From Trichinella spiralis (taxonomy: Eukaryota): DNA of 64,000 bases. This document shows positions 11,501-24,692 of this stretch, piece by piece. The DNA lies in assembly GCF_000181795.1 (NCBI RefSeq), contig NW_003526943.1, positions 2,737,666 to 2,801,665 of the forward strand, read 5' to 3'. Under the pieces are notes generated by a model, which had not been told where the DNA came from, searched no databases, and saw only the letters and a list, made by a program, of their open reading frames with translations. The first letter of the stretch is position 1; each line of letters opens with the position of its first letter. Both the position numbers and the translations under genes were made by a program.

Positions 11501-13804
11501 TGTTTTATTTACACTTCAAGAAATTTCTGCATCACTGGTCATAATTATGATTAGTTTGGATGAATGAAACTTGCTTTCACAATTATCAAAATCGATGCTG
11601 TTTCACGCTATTTACTATAAATGTTCTGTCTGGGCATAATTCAGAAAAAAACTTTAAAGATTTATAAAATACTTTTACCCAAGAAACCATGTCTTTGAGT
11701 TACACTAAGGAAAACAAATCAATAGCACCTTGTAAGTTGAAAAAAGTCAGAAACAGAACCACATCGTTGCTTCAATTTTGAACAGCTTAAATTCTTATCA
11801 AAACATTAGCTATATTGTTATTATTATTATTATTGTTCATTTTAATTAACATGATATAAAATGCTATTTTATTGAAACAAAACGCAATGCAAAATGTTTA
11901 GAAAAAATTTGCTTTACCGTTCCTTGATGCATGCATTAAAAAATAATCAGTTCATCTTATTACTTTTATTATTATTATTATTATTATTACATTTATATTC
12001 ATTTCTGAAATTATTCATAAGAAGGAATATTTTTAGATTTTTTTACCAATTTTAGTATCATACATGTTGGATACATTTCTGTATTAATTAGATAGATATT
12101 AAAAGGAAGGTGAAAATTGTGCAAAAATTTAATGAAAACAGGATTACTCATAATTTCTTCAAAGTACTCATTCATAATGAATAATCATACACATCGTGCT
12201 CATTCAATATTCTTATGACTGCCATAGCTTATTCTAATGTAATTAAAACTTTGAAGTAATTCTTCTATAAACTGAACTTTCAAGTTCCATAATCTTACTT
12301 ATATATTTCTAATAAATTAAAAGCCAATCTTTATCATTGTTGCATTGTTTGGATTGTAATTTGATTGCATTATAAATTTATTCATAATTTTATGTTCGAC
12401 CTAGCTTTGCATGACACTTTTAAATAAAAAAGCATGTTTTGAACATGCTTGTTTTCTAAGTTTCATTCCAATTTCTTATCTTAGTAATGATAAATAAAAT
12501 AAATAAAGCATCTGTTCAATTTACGTCTTGTGCTATTCTTTTAATATATTTGTAATAATTAAGCAGTTTTTTAAATACTTAAGTTGTATAACGTATATGA
12601 ATGCAAGGGCATAATTGTATTCAGCTTTAATTAGAATTTCAATTTTATAGATTGAAATGAGATTAAATTATTCAAATTAGCATACAATTTACTATTAATT
12701 TGCTTTTTGATCTTCTTCAGTTTTTTTAAAAGTGTTTTTGCGTTCATAACTTCTGTCAAAAGAATAAATTAACAATGAAAAAACTTAGCATACGCATAAA
12801 ACATTTCATCAATGAATCAATGAATGAATAGATAGAATTAGAATGATTAATTTTATTTTTCATAAAATATCAAAGTATTTCCCTTATTTTTTAATGTATT
12901 AAATTTAATAAATGCATGAGCAGTTAATCTACCAATGACAGTGCTTTCAAATCGAATTAGTAAAATTTAAAAATTAGTCAAGATTAAAATTAATATGAAA
13001 TAATGTTTCATCATCATTGGCGTTCAATTGATTTCTTGTTATATGACCCCAGTTTTTCAACAAATAAATAATTTACATAAGTTATTAAACATACTCTGCA
13101 ACAAATTGCTGCTTTTCACTAGTGAAAAATCTATTTCTACTAGAATGAGCATTAATAAATAACTTGACACACCGATTTCAATGCTAACAACATTTCTTAC
13201 ATGTATAATGTTGTTTTGTCATTAAAATTTAAAATTAAAATAATTATTATATTAAATAAAAAGTTTTTAATGATATTTTGTGTTGAATTTTGCTTCCTTG
13301 TGCAGAAAAAGGGATGAAATTGCTTGTCACTTATTACTAAACGTAATCCTGGTTAGAAAATTTTTGAACATATTTTGTATTCATTAAATGATGAAGGTGA
13401 AAACGTTTTCTTTTTGTCTGGTAATGAATTTTTCTCCAACACAAAAAGTGCACCAATTTTGTTTAATGAATTCTTTATTGCATCATTCGGGCAAACTAAT
13501 CGAGAGAAATAAACTTCTTTATCAGAATCTTTATAAATTTGATCAATAGAAATAATATAATAGTGCTGTGTTTTTGTTGGGATAATTCTTTCGGTAAAAT
13601 AAAGCAAAATGTCGATTTTTTGAAAAATGCATGATACACCTGATGTGCAACTGGATGACGATTTAAATGATCACAATGATTGAAACGGAAATAAATCACT
13701 TACATGAAATGAGAATGAGAGAAAAAAGAATTGCAAGGGGTCCAGAGAAAAGAGACGAGAAATATATATCAAGGTTGATTCAAGGAAAGTACATGCAAAT
13801 ATTA

Positions 13805-14123
13805 TTACCCTGCCCTCATCAGATCACCATATCGCATCCCAAGCAAGCCATTTACAAGTTCTGCATTTGCTCGCTTTATCGTACGACCAGAGTCAAATCG
13901 GCTACCATAAGTGCGACCAATTTTTTCCGCTAAACTTTGCAATATCTAAACAAGCGTGTATTCCATTTTATTTTGACAATTCATTTATAAATGTATTTCA
14001 AATTTACAATACCTCTTTTTCTTGAGCTGTTAAATCAGCTTCGTAAACAACAGGAACCGCTGTGATGTATGTGAAGATTGTCGCATATAAAAAAATTATT
14101 CCAAAGATCAGTTTGCCGTTCAT
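13805..14123 (-). CDS. pdf-1: Pigment-dispersing factor neuropeptide precursor, 83 aa
   Basis: Exon 14123-14013 gives MNGKLIFGIIFLYATIFTYITAVPVVYEADLTAQEKE (signal peptide). After a phase-0 GT-AG intron, exon 13945-13805 gives ILQSLAEKIGRTYGSRFDSGRTIKR-ANAELVNGLLGMRYGDLMRA-G-stop. It has a KR cleavage site, the nematode PDF-1 NAELxNGLL core and an amidation Gly. Confidence 0.93.
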
Positions 14124-14241
14124 GATTTGCAGCCTTAAAAAATTATTCATTTATTTATTGATGTAAATTTTAAAAATAATTTTGATGGATTTGATAAGGG
14201 ATTTTCTGAATATTTCAATAATTAAAATATTTATAAGTTAC

Positions 14242-14460
14242 CTGATTGGATATTTTTCTACTGCTTTCAAGAAGAGATAGACAAAGATGGTTGAGAAAAG
14301 CAAGCGAAGAGATGGAATGCTATATGCTTCCTTAAGAATAAGCAATGACTGAATCCTGTGATCAGCGCTGCGTCAAATAAGTGTGACAACGAAAGCGAAT
14401 CCGAGAGCACCCTTTTATGCTGCCTAATTGTGACAACCGACGCACACGTGGCGCGCATGT
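14242..14460 (-). promoter_or_regulatory. Putative pdf-1 non-coding first exon and core promoter
   Basis: Donor CAG|gtaact at 14241 pairs with acceptor ttttaag at 14134. TATA-like CATAAAA lies at ~14413-14419 (minus strand) and an E-box CACGTG at 14445-14450. Confidence 0.45.
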
Positions 14461-17400
14461 TCCAATAAAATTGTGAAAATGAGATTTGTTTAATTAATTA
14501 ACCAAAACCGAAAAACAGTCATGATTGAAATGAAGTTAAAATTTTAGTTAGACTACAATCGACTAATTATCCCTTCTCAAGATGTTAGGGAAGTGTTCTT
14601 TTGTTCATGATGGGGGTTTTTTGACCAATTTTCCCAAGCAAAAATGCGCTCAATTATTGTTCTTGCTGTAGTGGTAATGTGGTGACGCGCTTTCTTGGAC
14701 AAGCTTGGACAAGCTTTCAATGTTTCTGCTTTGTCAAGCAAATTCGAAGCTAATACAAGCGTGCGTGGGCAGTGAACGCAGTGTGCTAGGCTAAACTCCT
14801 ACATGAATCCGGTTGCCAGTTTTCCCCAGCGCATTGACACTAATGCTTCACTGATGAATGCAAAAGGCAATTTTGGTGCAGCTCCACCGTCGAAGCAGAC
14901 GTTTTGCTTGGATAGATTCATTACTAAGCAGCAAACAGCGAAATTAAGTCAAACTTCTCAATTCTTCTCTCTACGGAACAGTTCTTGATCTCTGCTGTTC
15001 ATTGAAAACAATATATTCACATTGTCATGCTAAATGCAGCAGCTCTTTCCATTAATCCACATTTAATAGTTTGCTTATCAATATATTTCAATTTGTTGAC
15101 TGAACGCATCGCTTTTAAATCTTTCATTAAAATTTATTGTTGCTACCTTTGCCGGACAATGTATTAACTGTGTTGAATATTTGTTAATTTAAAAAATTTT
15201 ATTTGCAGATAATACAGTGATAAAGGAAAATATATGATTTTTGAAAATGTTAACGTTCTCAATATTTGGTAAATACAATAAGATAATTTTACTACATGCA
15301 TTCTTGGGAGTGAAAATAATATCATTAAGAAAGCAAGGAAATATATCAAAATAAAATTACAAATTCTGAAATGCTATAAATTCGAAAAGCATTCACGATA
15401 CCGTAAAATACTATAATCTGCAGAATTACTGTCGCTGAAATGTGAATTGTGCAGTTGTTCACTGGAAAGTTATCTTTTTAGTAATTAAAAATAAAATTTG
15501 GAAAAAAACAATCTGCTGATAATGATAAATTGCTTTGCATTTAAAACAGTCTCGTTTTTCGAAATCTATTTTCTTCAGTACATTATGTCTTTTTCTCATA
15601 TTTTCAAACCAAAACCTGTCAATGAAATACTCGAGTAAGAAGAAAATTTAATAAACGCCGTTTTGAAAGTTTCAATTTAATTCTTTTAAAGGGATGGAAT
15701 TAAATTATGAATACAATGCTGGATGTTTTGTTTGCACAGCAGATGCTCTTTTTCTATTCCATTTTGTTTTGTAAGAATGCAAAGAAGAAAGAATAATAAT
15801 TAATTAATTAAATGTTATTGTTAATATTTTCACTTTGATTATATGGAATTGTCGCAAGAAATTAGTTTAGTAAAGCAAATTGCCAGATCTATAAACATCA
15901 TTTCAGTAAAGTATGTTGAAATGCTAATGTAAGAGATTGAAATTGAAATTTCAGATTCAGATACTTCGTCTTATTATACTTTAGGTTGCTTCAGTTTTAA
16001 TTACTGCCGTTCTGATAAACGCATTATGTTGAGCTTATGTGAAATATATGAATAAAGAACATACATAACTGATAAAACATTTTTCACTGTCACACACCAT
16101 GCAACAAACATGCAGTAAATCTTTTATTACTAATATAAGCAATATTAAAATGCAAAAATATTATTTATTGCAAAAGTAGTCATTTTTGGCTCATCTGAAA
16201 TCCTCAGTTTGTTTTGCAACTGCACTTTATTTATTAATCATTTATAAAAATATGTAAATCTGTACAGAAAATAATCTTCAGGCAAATATTAAATATTTTA
16301 GTAAAAGTTCTCTCACAGTGTTTTAATGTTTAAAATGCATAAAACTGATAATTTAAAAAATACATATTTTTCTATTGCAAATGTTTCATCTCTTACTGGT
16401 CAGTCACTTATGATACTGTACTGTATATCAAATTATCACACAATGCTGTAAAATTCAATCATTATTTTGTACATTAAAAAATACTACTCAGTAAATGGTG
16501 GAGAATTTGTTGGGCCTCAATTGCATTAATTTTCCAAATAAAGATAAATGGCTACATATTTTTATTTTCATTTTCATATTACTCATTCAACAATATTAGG
16601 TAACATTCTAATATGCTCTGTCAAACAATAGAGGCATTTTATAATTTTTCTCATGAACATTTTTTCTATCACATTCATTATATTATATTTATTACAAAGC
16701 CGTAACAACAGCACTACAATAAAGTGCACATTATTAAATTTCGGTATAGCAAAAATAATCGAATTTTCACAATGGAAGCATATTTAATTTTGTCGGACAT
16801 TTTTTCAGTCTAGCAACTATGGCAGTTTTAAAGTAAATGGAGCAAAATAAATCGTTTATGCAAATATTAATTTAAAACTTCATTTCTTTAACTTAGCAAG
16901 ACTTAAAATGAATTCATGTAATTATTTTAAAGTGTTATTGAATTAAAATTTCAAAATGTAATTTGCAAAGTTTGTTGCATTTTTTTGCTTTTTAATATTT
17001 AATAATGGGTATTAATCTGATATTAATAAGTGAAATCAATAATAATTCTAAATTACAGAATTTTAGAGAAGAAGTATAAATCATTTATCTGTTTCTTTAT
17101 AATACTCTCAAATTAAGTCATACTTTTGAAAAGCATTGCTTGTTTTTTCTGAATTCAGTTAAAAATTTAAACTTATGCTTAATTTCAAAATTATCTATCA
17201 AAATTCTAACACCTTTGTATATGGGCAAAGATTTTGGATAAGACAAAATGTTAAAAAAAGAAATATTATACATTTTCAGCTGATAAAGCATTTGTATTTG
17301 TAAATAAATTATGCATTTGGAAATATAATTAAATGTTATTCGATTTATGATAGCATGTTACAAGCAGTAAGATAAATATGATAATATGAAATTTTAATGT

Positions 17401-17487
17401 CTGCGTGCACTATAAAATGGAAAAATTGGGATAAAAGTATTAAAAATAATTTTTTTTAAATTTCTTACGAACATTCTAAACAAAAAT

Positions 17488-17511
17488 TATATATATATAT
17501 ATATATATATA
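17488..17511. repeat. (TA)n microsatellite
   Basis: Perfect TA run of about 24 nt. Confidence 0.9.
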
Positions 17512-20500
17512 AGAACTGAAATAAATTAACGCCACTGTTTGACAAAACTGTTCATTATGCGTACATTTTTGCATCTGCATTCGATGATTCTGATGAATAT
17601 ATTTACATACTTTATCATATCATTTTGCATCAATTTCTATCAGTTTTTTATTTCTACCAATTCATATAAATACAATAATAATTTTTAAATTAAAAAAGTA
17701 GTAAATTAAATTCACTCTTTGTTCGCTTGAAAGTTTTTAAATTTTCTATATTATAAAGATGATTCTCAGGATAATAAATGTTTGTACTTGACTCGAATAA
17801 TTATTCTAGAAAAAATTAATTTTTCTGAAAAATATTTCACGGCTGTACAGTTATAAAAGATGAAGCATTGTTTTTATAAATTCTCTTAACTGAATCAAAC
17901 AACCCTTAATTTGATTCAGCCAATTATTCAACAATGTTCTTTAATATAATTGCATGAAATAATTACATTTTCTCATTAAGTTCAAAAATTAACAAAAAAT
18001 GTTTTTTCCTTGAAAAAAATTAAAATTTACTTTGAGATTTTAAAATCAAATAAAATACAGAGGTATATAACTGTTATCATTATTTTTATTGCATATCTTT
18101 AAAAAAAGAAAAACAGTAATTTTGAAACAAATAATAGTTTAAAGATTAGTGAGGGAAAAGCGGCTTAAATTGTAATGAATATTTTAAAATATGAATGCAA
18201 AATGACAAATATAAATCCATCAATTTCACTTTGTCAAACTTGATTGCTTAACATTTTAGTTCTGATTGTTGGCAAAGAGTGCATTTTATAATTCTTTTTT
18301 TTTTGACAAGCAAAACATGCAAATTCTAATGCAACTGCAAAAAATGAATAGTGAAATCTCTTTACTAATTCTTGAAGAGTTTAAAAAATAGATTGGAAAT
18401 TTTTCAATAATTTTTTTTCACTTAGCATAATCTCCAGTTATATTGGATTGGATGAGGAAAAATTGTTCACCAATGCAGCATTGATTGATTACTTTGGCAC
18501 CATGTTTGCCTTTTCGATTCGTTTTTCCCTGGTGAAAATATTTAATTCAATTGAGGACAATTGAGCTTTATCTTGTAGATTTACGGAATCATGAAATCGA
18601 AGTTTGCACTAATGAATTTTACATATCTGACACTCATTTGTTACAACTTTTAAGATTCTTTCTTTTATATATTTATATATAGTTTTTTTGTGTTAAGCTG
18701 CTGTCCAATTGCTCAGTGGCGCAGATTGAATTCCACAATCTTTACAACTTCTGAGGTTCGAAATTTACGTCATTGAAGAAAAAAACGAAAATTTACTATC
18801 AGCACTTGGCAGATTCAATTACACAGTTTCTTTTGAGAAAAAGGTTCAGGAAGTGTGACGTACTTGCTTGCCTGTAAATTTTATTTAATTAACCTTGAAT
18901 ATGTAAATATTGGTCAGATATTTATTTTGTCAGACTATAAAATCGAGTTGACATGCTCTAGCAAATTTAATAAAATTTCCTTTACGGCTGCTTGAAGAAG
19001 AAAAAAAGAGCAAAAGAAAAGCATAACTAATGACATATAAATAAATAAAGGTAGCTTTAAATAAATAAATAAATAACTATATACATATATATACCGTGAG
19101 CTTGACAAGTTAAAAATTGATAAAAAACTCAATATTGGTTTTTGAATAATTTAGAATTTTTGATTGATGGTACTGCAGATGTAAAATTTTAAGAATGAAT
19201 ATTAACTTTGTATATATTGTGTATATGTGCCTGTGAGGATGTAGCTACATTCTTCAATTAAGAAACTATTCATTTGTAATCCATACATTTATAATTAGCT
19301 TAGTCAACTGCGTTAGGTGCATTCAAGCGTATTTTTATTGGGAATTCTGGTGAATTTATTTATTTATTACTGAAAAATAATGTATTTTTTAATGAATTCT
19401 CCATCTTTTAACAATTGTTACTTTTATGATCATTTTTTGCTTGCTGTTATGTTTTGATTTATTCATTTTTTACATGAAATTTGAAAAAATCATTATAATA
19501 GATAAGAACTTGAGTAATAAGAAAATTAATATATTAACTGCATATATTCCAAATATGTAATTGCTTAAAAAATTTTTTGGTCAATATTCTTTGCGAACAT
19601 TATGTAAACTTAATTATCAAGCTGTTATTGACCAGGAAGTTATAAAAGCAAGGTTATGCATTTATTGAAACAAAACGCTATTCTACAAGTTATTAACAAC
19701 CAAAATTCTGATTAAGTGTGGCATGCTTTTAAATGAAAAAGTAACTTTTCTGAATGACTCAAAAGATCACCTGCAAATTGTACAATAAATAAAACTAAAC
19801 ACAACAATTATTATTACCGAAATTAATTATCAGTAGCATGCATTTGCTTTGGAAAGAACAAAATTTTATTCTTTAAAAACATTTTTAAAAAATTGCTTTT
19901 TAAAGACCATTTACTACTACTAATCAATGGAGGGATCAGAACTTTGAAGAAAATAATCAGATGTGGATTATTGGACAATAAAAAATGTAGATTTTGAAGT
20001 ATTATTTGTAAAAAGATTTCATCTGAGTTTGCAAATTAATAAAAAAAACCATCTTGCATTATAAAAATATATTTGATTTTTATTGTAAAATGCTGAATAA
20101 AATTTTTATAACAGCATGTACTTTTATGTAGCCTATTGCAATTTGTTATTATATCTTTTTCTACTATTTTTTAAATTTAATAAATTTTTTCTGATATATT
20201 TAAATGTATATTCTTTAAATTTTTTTATTTTTAATTGCAACAGTTAATAATATAGGCTAGTGAGGTGAAGTTGATTTATGGATTATTTCTGAATGAGATG
20301 AAATGAAGCGACTAAGAAATTAACAATGAATACCAAATCAAATGACACGCACTTTGAGCATGACAATGTGAAGGGTCAGAATTAAAAGTGTGGCCTTAGA
20401 AAGTCTGCATTCCTGCTAGATTAAAATATAATAAATACAATTTAATGATCAATAACGTATGTTGCTCAATTTATTGTCTTCTCAGTATGCAATAAATTTA

Positions 20501-22447
20501 AAAGTTGCATTTTGGAAAGCATGTTCTGATTTTTTTACAACCCTTGATATATCTTAGTTAAATTTTAATAAAATACCATTTTTTTTGCAAAGCAAGTTGT
20601 AATGTCAAATAAATGCGGAATGTTATTTTCACAGAATTGCACTGATTCGAGCAATAATGACTACATAAAAAATTTGCATGTTTCTTTTTGATAATTTATG
20701 CTGAACGCGTTTTAGTGCATTGCTTTTTGCAAGAACTTGGCAAATAGCATTATTAAAATGAATCATTTGATTGTATGGTTTTGAAAATTTTTTGAAAGCT
20801 GGTCATGATATATGTAAAAGTGCTCAATATTCGGGTACGTTTTATAAATGCTGCATTTGCATCTGATATTAATTACATATTTACAATTTCAATGTTCCCA
20901 GAATTTTGTTTTAAATCTTATAAAAGAAATGTGAAGAACATTTAACTTGCAATAGCTTAAAGATTGCTTGCATTGTTGCAGAATGGAAAAAAGATGAATT
21001 AATCATTATGGAAAGGCAATGTTCTTTTGCAGATGGAAACAAATCAGAAAATGAGCATAAGAACAATAAGCAAAAGAATGGAATACTTTACCAAAAATTT
21101 CTTTGTCGTCTTGCTTTGTAATTTCAATGAATGAAGAAAAAAACTCTCACAACAGACGTGTGATTTGTTTTGTCATTCAAAGTATATTTCAAAACTTTAT
21201 TGCAAAAAGCTGTCGTAAATGCATTTTATAGAAAACTGCGCAGTTATATATGAAATTACCCGTTACGTTCTTAATTAAACTGACCAATCATAGCAGAGTA
21301 TTATCTCCTTTACTTCAACCAAAGTTCCCAGTACGAAATTAAATTTAATTGAATTTTGTACTAATCATGCAGTTCAGCGCAGTTTTAATTTCTAGCACCT
21401 TAATTGTAGAATAATTTTGATTTTTTCAGTCTTATAATTTAATTTATTTATGTTGTTCAGTTTTAGGAACTTCTGCATAATAACCAGTCACAACTGGTAA
21501 CATTGCAAAGTTCAAGATTGTAAAATTTTATACTATTTAAACTTAAACTTTAATAATATGAGTTTAATTAAATTTTTTAGAGCTTTCAATGTTTGCAAAT
21601 AAAAAATTTCATGTTTTGCTATTGATATTTTATTGATTCGTTAATGTCAATTTGTTTTATATTGTTTTTTTTCTTCTTTGGCTTCTCCTCCAAAAGTTCC
21701 AAAAGTTGAAAATTTGTTTTTGTCCAGAAATTTTAGCTGATACTTAAAAAGTAAAAGCTTAAAATAAATTGCGTTTAGCTGACTGACCGTTTTGCATTTT
21801 TACCCAATGCACTTGTAATTGATCTTCATAGAATTGTACATTAACTATTCTGAATGGACTCATTTAACTTGGACGGTATATTCATTTCATTCATTTTATT
21901 ATTCAATGAAAATTAAAGCAATTGAAATTGGTAAATTGATTCCCAAGCTTGCAGGAATGCTACCAAAATAGTTGTTATTTAACCGTAGATTGTTTCATGA
22001 ACTGATCATTACCATTTTCACTATTTATTTTTCAATTTTATCACTCACCGTGCACCAAGAACTGAAACACGCAATTTACGTATTTCAAATTGATATTCAT
22101 TCAGACTTTTGTGTTTTCAATGAAGCAGCAATATTATTAATGAATTAGTTTTTTGTCATTCGCATCGTTTTTCATTTAGATATATATAATTTATCATTGC
22201 AAGTTATTATTTATTTATGAAATGAACTTGATCAAACGATGAATGCAAATCTTTAAAGAAAAATGTTTTATTGAGAATGCAATTCAAAATAGAAGGAAAA
22301 AAACCAAAAAAAGCAATGACACTGAGCAAATATAACAAATTTAACAATAAAATGACATTAACAAAATATAAGCATTCACCATTTGCAAATTTTTATGGTA
22401 GCACTGAGCGGACGCTGTTGTGTCCAAGTTGACTGAAACTTTGCCAT

Positions 22448-24692
22448 TTAGCGTCCACTGCTAGAATGAATACTGATGCAGTGAAGTTGATTCGACTCTG
22501 TCCAAAGTTGGAACCAGTCTATTTTCATGCTGAAAAATTTTGCATTAAATAAAGCTGAATATCGTAATGATCCATTTTTTGAATATATTTTACCTTTTTG
22601 GATCTGCACTTTGAGGCGACAAGGCGCAAACAAGACCATCATCACAGGGACATAGCTCGTTCAACCAGTAGGATAGACCTCCATCTGGTACAAAACAGCT
22701 TTGCCCAATTTGTAATTTTGGCTTACACACTTTATCACCATGCTGTCGAGCACAACACAAGCCGGGTAAGCAGTCACGATTGCTAGTGCACCGAGCCCCT
22801 TAAAATGAGCAGTCTTAATATATTTTTCAGTGATACTACTGCAATGTTGAACAATAAGTATGTATCAATGCAAGAAATACATTTAAATAAAGTTTATCTG
22901 AATGAATAATTTGTTCATTAAATGTGTATTAGGACAGAGTTCTGCTTAATTTAGCCACAGACAACTAAGTAGCTTCAATTCTTGACCACCATGCTGGAGC
23001 CCAAAAATAAAGGTGAACATTATCAGTAGAAATTATTGTTTAGTGGAGTGAAATACCAGGAAACGCCCAGGTGCTTTTATTTTATTTTTGCTTCTTAGGA
23101 GAAAACGTGCTGGCCCCAAATGCTTACAAAGAACTTCGAATTATTCTATCAGAAATTTGGCACACTTTTTCCATACCTTTGTGACCTGGCTTGGCGGCCA
23201 TTGTGCAGCGCCCAAACATACAGTCATAGCCAATTGCACATTGATTATCACTTCGACAGGGTTCTTGCTCTGTTTTATACGGCTTGCAGAGACCGTAATG
23301 CAAATCACAAAACAAATTTAAGGGACATTCACGATCCGCATGGCATGTGAGCTGTAATTTTAAAATATGAAATAAAATAAAGCAATTCTATTAGCAATTT
23401 TGAAAATACAATTTCTCTACATTTCCATGCATTTAAAACTTCAGTCTAATGAAATACATTTATTATCAGTGATTTATTTTGAAACAGTACGCATATATTC
23501 ACATGATAAATGTTAAGCGAGCATGTTTTAATTTGAAATATTGTCAAATGATGTAAATGTAATTATGACTAGAAAAAATTATTTATACTTTTAGTAATAA
23601 TTCAAAATAGTTGAAAAAATGTTTTATCAGTAAAGTTTCAGTATTACCATTTTCGAATATATGAAGGAACTATAAATCATTCAAAGTATTTACAGTATTT
23701 AAACATTGAGACAAGCACGTGCATGCACACACAGAAATGTATATATGCATGTGTGTGTGTATGTGTTAGACAGAAATTACATGCATGCCTATAACATGCT
23801 GTATGGATATGACAATAAATAATTATAAATAAATTTACAAATAACAATATGAATTGAGATTAAGAAATAATTATTATACATAATATATACACTTATGCAA
23901 CCTAAAATGATACATTAAGATTACCATATATATATAATTATATAATTACCAGTCTGAATGAAATAACTTCAAAATTTTGATATACTTATTTTTTATGCTT
24001 TATTATGTTTCATGCCAAAGTGAAAAAGGAAAAGCTGCACAATTTACATTGAATTGAATTATATATATGCGTGTGTGCGCGTGTATAAGTATGTTTGTAT
24101 GAATATACGTAGTTGCATTTAATACGAATGCTAATGTTAGTATAATAATGCTAACATGCATACATGAAACAAATATCTGAAATAAATAGTAAAAAATCAC
24201 CAAATGATAAAAAGTTCATTATTATAACACGGCAACTGCACATGCAATTCAAATTATACTGAATGAAATGAATGAATTCGAACTGAAACAGAAGACAAAT
24301 TTTAACAAGATAAATTTGCATAAAAATAATGAAAGATAATAAATGATATGAATTACCTGCCCTGGTTCATCATTGGAGCTCAGATCGTCTAACCGGCTGA
24401 GTTGTGCTGTGGAGATGGAAGCAGTCTGTAGTGGAGGAGGAGGAGGAGGAGGAGGGGTAGTTGTGGAAATATGATGATGCTTATGACGTGGTCTTGGTGA
24501 ATTCTTGCTGTGCAATTTGGCAACGACATAATTTGGCCGGCTTGGACTTGGCACTGGACTATCATGGCGCAAATTGCTGCTAGAGATGTCAGTTTCCAAA
24601 TCGTGTGGATTTGTGATGAGCCAATTCCAAAATGTGGCAGTGCAACTGTTCAAAGTGAGAATGACAAATATGCACAACGATTGCGCGGTCAT
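22448..24692 (-). CDS. Secreted Dickkopf-like (Dkk3-like) protein with two cysteine-rich domains
   Basis: Exons 24692-24357 (signal peptide, His/Pro-rich linker), 23351-23177 (CHADRECPLNLFCDLHYGLCKPYKTEQEPCRSDNQCAIGYDCMFGRC), 22798-22594 (GARCTSNRDCLPGLCCARQHGDKVCKPKLQIGQSCFVPDGGLSYWLNELCPCDDGLVC) and 22529-22448 (last Cys). Intron phases 0, 1 and 2 are all consistent. An alternative ATG lies at 24728. Confidence 0.85.

Noticed and set aside
13353..13933. ORF-track ORFs near pdf-1
   Set aside because: They are antisense to the PDF exon or lie in its probable 3' UTR and have no recognisable protein features.
18426..21121. Two open frames of ~45-55 codons after AG acceptors (18426-18564, 20956-21121)
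   Set aside because: No recognisable homology or consistent gene model; compatible with chance.
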